Shown piece by piece: positions 10,597 through 21,144 of a stretch of 64,000 nt of DNA. Both the position numbers and the translations under genes were made by a program. The stretch is taken from positions 96,038,001-96,102,000 of the forward strand of contig OZ038378.1 of assembly GCA_964036045.1 (NCBI GenBank). Reading direction: 5' to 3'. The stretch's first letter is position 1, and each line of letters opens with the position of its first letter. Under the pieces are notes generated by a model. That model saw only the letters and a list, made by a program, of their open reading frames with translations, did not search any database and was not told where the DNA came from. Source of the DNA: Eutreptiella sp. 'Long Island Sound 2002' (Eukaryota > Protista > Euglenida).

Positions 10597-13500
10597 GAGT
10601 CTTTGGCCCACCCCGATCGCGACATGGGGATGTCCTCTATCACGGCGAGGGTGCAGCCGGAGGGATGCACCATTGTGGATCGTCCGGAACGCAGCATCAG
10701 CCGCATCATGGCCCTACCGGTACGGTATTGGGAGGAGACAGCCGATGGCTGGTGTTGCCCTCCGGCGATGGCACAAGACGCCCTGTCGCCGGATGAACTG
10801 GACATGGTGTGTGGGTACATGTCAAGTGCCATGGTACCTGGGGGTCCAATCCAAGGGACCGCCCGCCAAGTCCTGGTGGGAAGACCCTGCGCTCCGTACG
10901 GGACGCTTCACGAAGAACGAGTTGTTGGCGTCTGTGTTGGAGCACTGGGCGGACCAAGACGAACCAGCCGGGTCCAACCCGCCATCCTGGGGCGACTTGT
11001 ATAGGCCCACACGACCACACCACCAACCACAGCCCGCAGCCGATGGTCGCCAAAATTTTCAAGATGGAGTCATGACCCGCAAAGGCGACGGCCGCGAGAC
11101 GTGGGTGCCGGGCTTAGGGACGCCAGAGTCGGGGCACGCGGCGGTGAGTTCGGTGGTCAACGTGCCGAAGGAGGCCAAGTTGTTGGCGGACCACCCCAAG
11201 TACAAGGCCAGCATGGAGGAGATCTTCAAGGTCTACGGTGACGTCCTGAGCGGCAAGCCCTGCCAAAACCCTCCTGTGAGGGGAGCGTTCGGTGAGGCCA
11301 CGATACCCCTGAAGCAGGGATATCGGCCCCGACGCCACCGCGACTTCCAGATGAAGAGAGAGCGGGAGCACGCAATGATCAAGATCCTGAAGGAGTTCAT
11401 TGAGCGAGGGTCGATTGAGCCGTGCTTGAGCGAGTGGGCCTTCCCCTGCTTTGTCGTCCCGAACAAGGTGGCGGGAGAGTGGAGGCTGGTCGTGGACTAC
11501 CGCGATCTGAACTCGGAGTCCCAGCACGACGCCTACTCCCCGCCCCTCATGGACAACTTGCTCCAGAAGCAGCAAGGCAAGCGGATCTTCAGCGTGCTCG
11601 ACCTCAAGCATGGGTATCACCAGATGCCCCTTGTGAAGAGCACTCAGGACGCCACCACCATGTCGACCCACTTGGGCTCATGCGCTGGAAAGTGATGCCC
11701 ATGGGGGTGAAGAACGGCAACGCCCAGTTCCAGCGCATGACGGAGGATCCTCTCCTAGACCTGGACTGTGCAAATCCGTTCGGGGACGATATCATTGTCT
11801 CCAACGGGACGCCGGAGATGACGGATGAGGAGCTGATCGAAGCCCACTTCGTCAATCTCTGCAAAGTCCTCGAAGTCTTCCGCAAGCACCAGCTAACATG
11901 CAACGGCGTGAAGGCGGTCCTCTTCGCCACGGAGGTGGAGTTCGCGGGATAGGTCGTGGGCCATGGGATCCGCCGCCCCATTCCAGGGAAGCTAGCGTCC
12001 CTTGCCCACTAGGAACGGCCCAAGAACATCACTTAGATGAGTGCGTTCCTGGGGTTTTGCAATTACTACTCAGCGTACGTCCACCCGTACGCTTAGCATG
12101 CAGCCCCCCCACAAAGCTGTTGCAAGTGGGCCGTGAGGAGGGCAAGAAGGGGAGCAAGAAGGCCCTGGCCTGGACCCCCGAGTCGGAGAAGGCCTTTGAT
12201 GACATGAAGGCCGCCCTACTCAAGCCCCTCAACCTACACCTCCCGAATCCTGACAAGGGGTTTGTGCTCAGGACCGATGCCTCAGAATACGCGGTCGGTG
12301 CGGTCCTGGAGCAGGTTCAGGAGGATGGGAGCCATGTCCCAGTGGCGTTCTGGATTCGTGTGTTGGCCGCAGGTCAGCGACGGACATGGACACCGCGTGA
12401 GAAGGAGGCATACGCCATCGTGTGCGCTCTGTGCAAGTGGGCAGGTCACATTGGACTCCAGCCAGTGACGGTATGCACTGACCATCAGTCGCTGCAGTCC
12501 TAGCACAAGGAGCATTTGGACACACCATCGGGTCTAGCCGCTCGCCGCGCCCGATGGCACGAGACGCTAGCGAAGTTTGACCTGACGGTAGTGTATGTGC
12601 CAGGCCGGCTCAACACAGTGGCAGATTGCCTGAGCCGGTGGGCATAACCTGCCTCCAAGGGCCTGGCGGACATCTCCATGCATGGGGACGAGGCCGAGAC
12701 CGCTGAGGCCAAGCGCATCATCGAGCTGGAGGAGCGCTTGGAGCGTGGGGACGCTCATTGCTTCGTGGTCATGGCCCACAGGGCAAAAGGCGCCCCAGAG
12801 GAGCGGACAGTTGCCCTCACCACCCGGGAAGCCTCATTGGCGCGCAAGAGGCAAGTGGCCCGAGAGAAGCTTCTCAACACAAATGCAGCCACCCTAAAGT
12901 CGTGTTTGGCGGAGGACTTGGAAGAGGACTACGCCAAGTCGAAGTATTGGGCTACCCATTGGGAGGCAAGGTCCAAGCCGTAGCCCGAGCCGGCTTGGAC
13001 GGCTGGACTCCCTGTCGACGACGGGAAGCTCTTTGTCTTTGACAAGATGCTGGTCCCCGAGGCACGCATGGACCAGGTGGTCCAGGAGTGGCATGACCAA
13101 AGACTCCTACACCCGGGAATGGAAAAGATGCGCTTGGACCTGAAGAGGCGCTTCGAATTCCTTCCCGGGCTCTGCAAGACACTTAAGGCAGTCTGTAGGT
13201 CATGCCAGGTGTGCCAGGCGGTCAAACCGCCGAACCAATCAGAGGCTGGCAACGCCGATTGGACCCCTGTGCCGAACGTCCCCATAGAGAGCATGGCCAT
13301 CGACAAGTTCGCCATGCCCCCCGTCCAACACGGCAAAGAGGTCTACGACCGTGTCATCCTCCGCGTGGACCGCCAAAGCTAATACCTGGTGGCGGTACCC
13401 GCAACCGATAAGGGTCTGACAGCGGAGGCGGTTGCCCGCAAGATGATCAGCCACCGGCTCACAGTGTTCGGCACGCCCAAGGCCATCTACAGTGACAATG

Positions 13501-14179
13501 GGAGTCACTCTACCAGCGCGTGGTTGCGCACCATGTGTCAGTTGATGGGTGTGCGCCGCGCCCGGACCGTGGCCTAGCACAGCCGGTCAAATGGCCAGGC
13601 CGAGGTTGCCGGGCGCCAGCTCTTCGAACAATTGAAGAAGCTGCACCTGGAGCGTCCCCCTAGCGACTGGCTGACCAGCATGTGCCGTGCCATCCAGGCA
13701 TACCATGACCTGCCAACCCCCTCCGGGTACTCCCCCCATGAGATCCTATTTGGGAGGGACCGAATCGAACAAGGTCTGCCGTGGGCAACCCCGTGGAAGG
13801 CACTAGACTGCGAGGAGTTCGTGGCCAATGCGGAGGAGGTGGCGGCGAAGGTCACTGAGGCGCTCACGGAGGAGCAGGATAAGCGTCGCCACTATCAAGC
13901 GAAGGGGCCGGTCGCCAAGTACAAGGTTGGCGACACCGTGTGGCTGGAGCGCCCCTACAAGCTCAGCGAACACCGCCAGGCCACCACCTACTATGTCCCT
14001 GCCGAGGTGCAGAAGCGACTTGGCGAGGACACATATACCCTCAAGGTCGGGGAGCGCCTGTACAGAGACCGGCATCACTCCCAGATGAAGCTGCGCGTTC
14101 CAGACTCCAGAGGCAAGCACGTCCAGTTCGACTATGCCGACTTGGAAGTGGACGAGGACGACCCGTTCGCAGAGGAACA

Positions 14180-14350
14180 GGAGTACAACACCTCGAGGAT
14201 CCTGGGATAACGCCCAGCCCCAGATGTGCCTGGGGGGTACAAGTTCAAGACGCCACGGGAAGGATTTGGACGCACACACACGACTCATGGGAGCCGGCGG
14301 CGGCGTTCGTGCCACGCTACACCCACTGCTTCGTCGACTTCCTGAAGCGC
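14180..14350 (+). other. Chromodomain at the Gypsy-1 integrase C-terminus
   Basis: EYNTSRILG*R....YKFK...GFGRTHDSWEPAAAF. Confidence 0.75.
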
Positions 14351-14792
14351 CGCAAGATCGACTTGAAGGTGACGGATGTGTGTGTACCAAAAAAGGCATG
14401 ATGCGCCCCCCTTCCTCCCCGTGGGTGACGAAGCGATGGGGACCATGTTTCTTATCCCGGGTCGGTTCGCTGAGTCACCAGCGGGTGGGCTCAGTCGGCG
14501 CGGGACTATGTTCATTCCGGTGCACAGAGCGCTTGGAGTCACCTGCCCCATCCCGCCGACGCGAGCATATATGGTCCGGGGGCCGACCTCAGGCCGGCCT
14601 CCGCATCTCCCCACAGCTCCGCACCCCTTTGGGGTGTGCGCCCGGCGTAGTGCCGGTGTAGGTTGTATGTACGTCATTATCCCCTTTCGGGACCCCATAC
14701 CCGCAACCCCAGAGTGGCCATGGCCTTAGCGTGGTTCAGCTCACCAAGTGGTATCTCTGATTGCTCGCATCCCCCGTACGAAGAACGCTCGT

Positions 14793-14802
14793 GGGAGGGG
14801 GG
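14793..14802 (+). promoter_or_regulatory. Gypsy-1 polypurine tract
   Basis: GGGAGGGGGG immediately before the 3' LTR TG. Confidence 0.85.
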
Positions 14803-17385
14803 TGACGTAGAACCAAGCACGCCTCAGCCGCCGAACCATGTATTTTGTACATATTCGCGACGGCAATTGATCGATGCATTGATTGCGAATCGGCTTGCAC
14901 TTGAGGCGCCTGTTCTCGCGGTCGCAAATGACGGCGTCGCCTCTGCCACGGCTCTGATAAGCCAAATTTATAAACTCATTTTTGGAGAACTTAACAGCGC
15001 AACACACTTCGAGTGTTCCGCAATTTTTTTCTCTATTTCTTGACATAAGTCGCCGATCTTTCCGTAAAGAAAAATCTCGAAACGCGCTTTCATCCCCCAA
15101 GCCCAATAACAAGGGAGTCGCGCGTTCAAGCTCCCAAGGGCGGCCTAATGTGCCTCATAGGCACTGTTGATGAGGGTTTGCCCCCATCAACCTCATATTG
15201 GGGCTTTTCGATCCCAACTCAACATGCCCAAAGGGTTATACATTCTTTGGGGTTCTCCAAAAATTGGGCAATCTCATGTACTTGGCGACCAACTACATGT
15301 AGAAATGTGTTGAGTTGGTATAATCTCCCTGTTTGCACGCCTTAACACCCGGGTCATATCACTTAATTTCCCGTGCATATAAGTCCTTTGCAACCCACCT
15401 GGCCACATTTTGTGCTTGCATGCCAAAAATCGACTTTTCGAAATGAGGTCGATTTCCAACCCAAGCACTTGCATGTGTGTTCAAGGACCAAATTTGCATA
15501 AGAATATAGGCATACTTTGGTCCTAGGCCACTAGGTTGGGTATATAAGGCTTGGGTAGGGTTGTTGGGTAAATATGGGTCATGTCGTGTGCCCATTTTGC
15601 GGGTGTACCATTCCAAGACAAACCCGCCAATGGACCCCATATTAAGCGGAGCCCTTCTTCCTAACCCAAATCAACACTCTAAAGTCTAACCTTCGCCCAA
15701 AGGCCCATGGAGAGCACACCAGAAGCGATGCGGTGCAAGCAAGGTGTGTCATTTGCAATTTCCCATTTTTCCACGTGCCCACTTGGGGAGCAGCGCACGT
15801 AACTTTCCATCGCACCCCAAGTGGAGCCCAAGCGTGGAAACGAAGGTCCATGATGCCGGGACATAGTGTGTGAAGGGAATGGCCGGCTACTCAATTCAAG
15901 CCGGAGATACTATAATATATTTGTGGGGATTTCAAGTCCATTTTTCGTGTTTTCTCATCAATTTCACCATTTTTGGGCCGTCATGATGTCAAGTGGCGAC
16001 CTTGTATCTCCACGTTGCGCTCAATTGACATCATGCTCCAAGTATGTTATAAGAGTACATACTTCGGTGCCCAACATATCTTGGACCCAGCCAATAACTC
16101 CTCTTGGGCTTGGCGCACCAAGGCCATCTTGTGGGCAATTTGGCCCAATCCCAAATCTTGGGCTCACTTGGCGGACCTGCCATTCCCAATTCCAGGGGGG
16201 TTTGGTCGCCACCCAAAAGGTATGTTGGACACATAGTACTTGATACCAATTCTAGGGCATGCCCCGGTCCAAGTTGGGCATGTACCCTATTTGCCCCCAC
16301 CATGGGTGTGCGCATTTTGGGCCATTTTCTGCCATTTTCCATATTTTTGGCCCGACGTGCACCATGTTCAGCCCCCCCGTGCACGCCGGTGGCATGGACC
16401 AATGGACCGTATATGGTATGTTGCTTGTGCATATTGGTCCCCATGACTCACATACCTCATGGCTGGACCGATACCTACACTCACCGGGAGCTAGCCCAGG
16501 GTGAGTATGGTCAATTTTGCCATTTTGGCACTTGTGGGCCCAATTCAGGCCTACACCATGCTATGACCCATGGAGATCTTTGGGAACCAAGTACGTGCGG
16601 GCCCCCATTGGACTCCCATTGGGTCCCACACCGAACGCTGAGTCCTATCCCCAAGCCACCATTGAGATATACCCTTCGGGATACTTTCATTTTTGGCACA
16701 TTTTTCGGTATGCCAAAACACCCCTTTTGGGACCCCAATTTCAGCCCCCCATGTGGTCAATGGGCGGCCCCATATCTTTGAGCCCATGAGGAGCCCGCAC
16801 CTAATTCGAGGTCTTGCACTGAGATATAAGTCTTAGGTCCCACCTCCAATGTCCTGAGGCATGGGTTCAACCTTGGCTGCCCGAGCCACCCATGGGAATT
16901 ACTCCAATTTTGCTTATTTTTGCCATTTGTGCACCGAGATTTGGGTGCCACCAACCCTTGAAACGGCTTGAGGGTCACAGTGGGAATGGGTACAGGGACT
17001 CAAGCAACCTTCCCCCTGCCCGACATCCCAATCCTGACCTCTCCTGCCATGTGTGCTTGGTGATCCAGTGTGATTCATTTGTCACATAGGGTCCCCTACC
17101 TTTGTTGCTTTTCTCATGTTGATTGCCCCCATCACCATCCCCACTATTGCCTTGTAAATCCGCCACTGAGTACCCTCCACACATCCAAGTGATCCTCATT
17201 GACTTGTTGCAGCTTGCTCGTGTGACTGTCCAAGGGTGTGCATGATTTTCACGACAGGGTTGTGCTTTTTTGACGCAGTGAGGAAAACCCAGGGGGACCC
17301 CAGCAAAAGGCAACATCATGCCAAAGTCCAACCAAGAAACCAGGGGTGTGGCCGACCAGAGACCAATCTAGCCGAACCTGCGTCA
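14803..17385 (+). repeat. Gypsy-1 3' LTR
   Basis: Starts TGACGTAG directly after the purine tract and ends CTGCGTCA. Confidence 0.95.
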
Positions 17386-17394
17386 GCCATGCAC

Positions 17395-18282
17395 CTAGTT
17401 TGCATTGCATGCTTCTTCTAGTGTGGCGCATTTACTTGGCGTACTGCATGACAAATGGTTTAGTTTCATTCACCGTCAACGTCTGTGATTGGTAGTGGAC
17501 GATGTACGGCACGCCTACGGGTCCGTTGTTCACGACACTCTGCGATGGTCATTGAGACTCGCCGGTTTCCTAAATGACGTTGTAGAATTGCTTCTCCTTG
17601 CCACCAGTGAGGCCACCGTACACATGGGTGGTTCAGGTGGCGTCATGGAAGCACTTGCCCGCTTACTGGTGGGTGTAGCGCAAGGATGTCCGGCGTCAGC
17701 CATGGTTTTTTGCGTAGTGGCGGAGGTGCGCGCCTTTCTTGCGCTTCTCTAGGGGCCTCCATTTTGGGGCCCTGGTGACCCGTTCAACCGGCTGGGATAC
17801 ATGGATGACACCATGTGGTGCATTGATTCGGACTCAGACCTTCCCATGTTTGCAGAAAACTTGCTGCGCGCAGGACTCAAGACAAATCTTTTCTCTTCGG
17901 GCCCAAGCAGCTGTTGGTAGTCGCCTCTCGTGGAGGCTTTTCGGTCACTTTTCATCCGTCGCCCGTGTACATGGGTGGGTTGCGCATGCCACTGCATGAG
18001 GGAGCTGAGAACGTGCGTATTGTAGGCCGGCATATGTTCCCCCAGGTGTACCATCAAGTACATCAAGTTAAGCTTTTTAGTGCCAGTCGTCGTGCCGTGA
18101 GGGCCCTTGCCATGGTTCGGCTTCGGTCCAACTACCCAGGCCAGATGTACATTGCCGTCGCCGCCGACCAGCAGCGCTGGCAAGCCGGGGTAAGTCCTCA
18201 GATGTACAACTCCATGCGAGTTGCGGACCAGGCTGCGGTGTCAGTGCTGCGTGAAGTTACGGGATCGCATAACCTTTCGTAG
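17395..18282 (+). pseudogene. LINE-A RT core and thumb (right of Gypsy-1)
   Basis: DDVRHAYGSV (D..KAFDSV), GVAQGCPASAMVF (GVPQG), and YMDD at ~17797; stops and frameshifts present. Confidence 0.9.
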
Positions 18283-18645
18283 GCCCAGTTTTTCCAGCCT
18301 TTGGCCTCCAGGTGGGTGGGGACCGAGCCGGCTGCGGTTGCCGTCATCATTCAGTTTCTGAGGAATTATCAGAAGCAGTTACGCCACGCGAATGTCATGG
18401 TAAGGCACAGCACCCAACACGGCCTATACGAAGCCGTGTAACGCTTCCGCCCGGTTATGCCTTGTGTTCGCTGCGGCCTTACCATGTATTGCAGAGTCCA
18501 CAACACAGACCACGACAGATTTGTCCACTACGTGCACTTGATCGGCTTTTGCATGAGCTTGCCTCCGGTCCGCCTTGAAATGGGGATGGACCATGTCACG
18601 TGTTGGGCGGTGCACCCCTAGCAAGCCGCTGCCATCCACAAATGG

Positions 18646-19830
18646 ATGGACGCAGGCTACTTCAGCCTGCATGATGCCCATTCAGCCGGTTGGCCACCAG
18701 CACCGTGGCAATGGGGCTTCGAGAACCTCCCCCCATGGCACGGAGTGTCGGTGCCTTTGCAACCGGACCTGCCTGTTATGCGGTCTGCACCTCACAATTG
18801 TGCTTTTGTCACGGATGGTTCGTGCTTCCCGTGCTACTACTGCGGAGGGGCTTTCGCGGTTGTTTGTCTGGACGCCCTCACATGGGTGGCCTACCCGGTT
18901 TCTATCCCTTGTCACCTAGACCACTCTTACGCAGCGGAAGTGTATACTTCTTGGGTGTTCTGCTGCGCCAGACACACTCTGCTTGCTTTGGGAACAGCGG
19001 CTTGTGCAACAGCACGCAGCCTTCGAGAAGTGGGAAGCTTCGCGGACTCCCGGTCCTACATACAGGCGCTCAGCACGCGCCGCCCTGACGAGCTGGACGA
19101 AGGGCTGGTTGACCTCGTGCTATCCGACTGCATCAAGCTAGCTCGTCACTTTCCCCCACCCGAACAACACCTTTCCTCTCACCAGCAGGGCACTTTTCTA
19201 GACTCAGTTGTGGATGATGTGGATAAGGCGGCCAAAGCACAGGCACTGCGCCAGCCTCGCCCTGTACTGGTAGGGTATATCGCAGGCGTGCAAGACACAC
19301 AGCCCGCCCTTACCAGAGATGGAGTACAGTGGCACAATGCTAGCACACTGCAGTACTGCCAACTGCGCCGGCTCTGCGCGCGACAACAAGATGTCTTGTG
19401 CGCCCCTGAGGTCGCGTCCTTTGCATACTATGCGACTTGTGTGGCGTTTGGCTCGCTTTCATGGGGAGACCACCTGCGCATGGTCACCTTTCGCCATGAC
19501 CTAGGAACTGCCATAGTCACTCGATGTGCACTTTGTGACGCGGTGCTCACCGCAGCACACTTTCAGGGAAGACTGCCGCTACAGCCGACTGTGGTTTGTT
19601 GTACCGTACACGCAGATGGCTTTGGACTTGCATCACATTATACCGGAATGGTCGGTCTCGTTACCCACATTGTGGGGTGTGCTAGTTCAGTGGGGAGGGA
19701 TGTATCTAGGCCTTACCACGGAGAAGGATGCAGACTGCCCCGTGCCTCACGTGTCTCGGGTAAACCTGTCCCTCATCGGTCGGGTGCCTCCTGCGTCGAA
19801 AAAGCCGATGGTCCACGCCTCAACAAGTGA
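18646..19830 (+). pseudogene. LINE-A RNase H domain followed by CCHC zinc motif
   Basis: FVTDGS..SYAAEV..FADSRSYIQAL..SSHQQG..VDDVDKAAK gives the D-E-D-(H)-D set; then CALCDAVLTAAHF. Confidence 0.85.
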
Positions 19831-21121
19831 AAAGGTTCCTAGTGGCTTTTTGGAAGGCTGTGCTCTGGATGTCCAGCGCCGCTCACTCCCCCCAGTTGTG
19901 TAATGAGGGAGCCTGTGCTCGGCCCGGTCACGCCAGCAGGCGTTTGACTACTTGTATCCCGACCGGGATTTCCCGGTAGCAGGGCATTGGCATCTACAGC
20001 CACCGGAGTTCCCTCCCGTACCCCAGGCGTTGCATCTGCACCTTTGGCATCCAATCGCCGGTGTGTCCATCTACGTCCCGGACCCCCGCATGGCACACCC
20101 TGGGACTCGGGACGCCCTATGTTGGTTTCACTCTAGGACACGGCTGGCGGGACACGCTCAGTGGCCACCATTCGTTGGACAGCTAGCTGTGCTATGTTAT
20201 GTGGTTGAGCTTCCTGATGCGGAAGCGGCCAAGGAGCTTGAACATTGCCATCGCTTGTTGGTTCCGCGCCACCGCGCAGGGCCACACCGCTTCCTTGGCG
20301 GACATACCCACAGAGAGTGTACGCCTGCGCCAGCACGTATCCGGCAATGGTGGAACATGTGGCGTTTCTACCTTCAGACTTGTGGACACGCGGTGCATTC
20401 GCACTACAAGGACCTATGCTTGCGAATGACTTCAGGTTGATGAGCTTCGGCGCTACGTCCTGTGCTGGCTACTTGTTTGTGCTTTGCCCTTGCTTACAGG
20501 CTGGATACACCGAGGCTCCTCAGGGAACGGCGGCTAGGTATGGCGCACTTGACCCCTTAGACACGGCAAGAGAAATCACACGGCGTACACACACAGTATC
20601 ACATAGGGGCTACGGACACCCGGAGGGGGGTGAGACACTCCGGCACAGTGCAACGGCAGAAGGAGTTTAGACCTCCACAGCATGCACACTACTTGGGGCG
20701 ACGTCCGTCGCCCGAACGGCCCGGCAGCCGAAAACCACACGTTTTTCTCCGGCGAAAAACCTGTGCCCGTTTTCTACCCCCACAACCGAACGGTGGTACC
20801 AGAGTGAGGAGGGTGGGTCCGAGCCAAGCTCCAACCCATACCATAGCAGTTGCCACTCCTGCAGACCCACCACCACCACCACCACCCCCCTCCCCCGCAA
20901 ACCAAAGGACTAACCCTGCGACTAACCCCAACAAGGACCCGAACCCACCCACCGAGCCCACAAACCCCACTAACTTCCTATCCGGAGCCACAAAGACGTG
21001 GGACCCCACTTCGGGGTCCTATGAAGTGTGAGGGTCCACATAGGAACCCAACGGGCCGCAATGGCCATGCACAACACGCCTGCAGGCTCACACGGTGTCT
21101 TCCATGACTTGTTGTGTCACT

Positions 21122-21144
21122 GTAGGTAGGTAGGTAGGTAGGTA
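21122..21144 (+). repeat. (GTAG)n 3' tail of LINE-A
   Basis: Five full GTAG units plus GTA; minus-strand LINE-B coding remnants begin immediately after. Confidence 0.8.

Larger units (their letters stand above)
9628..14400 (+). pseudogene. pol: Gypsy-1 pol: protease, MTase-like domain, RT, RNase H, integrase, chromodomain
   Basis: LVDTGAQVS; WRLVVDYRDLN, LDLKHGYHQ, MPMGVKN, FGDD; TDASEYAVGAVL, TDHQSL; H..LHPG..CRSCQVC, SDNG; YNTSRILG..HDSWEP. Fragmented by stops and frameshifts. Confidence 0.95.
3697..17385 (+). mobile_element. Gypsy-1: structurally complete, decayed chromodomain Ty3/Gypsy LTR retrotransposon
   Basis: Two ~2.6-kb direct repeats with TGACGCAG...CTGCGTCA outer termini, PBS, PPT, domain order Gag-PR-RT-RH-IN-chromo; flanks ggcatgcac/gccatgcac. 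Confidence 0.95.
1..21144 (+). mobile_element. Non-LTR retrotransposon 'LINE-A' (ORF1 + APE-RT-RNaseH-CCHC), degenerate, 5' end probably upstream of the window, interrupted by Gypsy-1 between 3696 and 17386
   Basis: Collinear APE, RT, RNase H and CCHC motifs on +. The RT frame rejoins across the Gypsy insertion (..GVPACT*FALHASSSVAHLLGVLHDKWFSFIHRQRL*LVVDDVRHAYGSV). Ends in a (GTAG)n tail. The 3' flank is not duplicated in 1-340, so the 5' end is not seen. Confidence 0.88.

Noticed and set aside
8000-14400. Frequent in-frame TAG/TGA/TAA at conserved positions, suggesting stop-codon reassignment
   Set aside because: The stops replace different residues (W, Y, Q, E, C), are mostly one substitution from the expected codon and co-occur with frameshifts; this is ordinary decay.
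9628-14400. DIRS-type element, because of the MT-like domain
   Set aside because: It has direct TG..CA LTRs, PBS, PPT, protease and a DDE integrase with chromodomain; no tyrosine recombinase was found.
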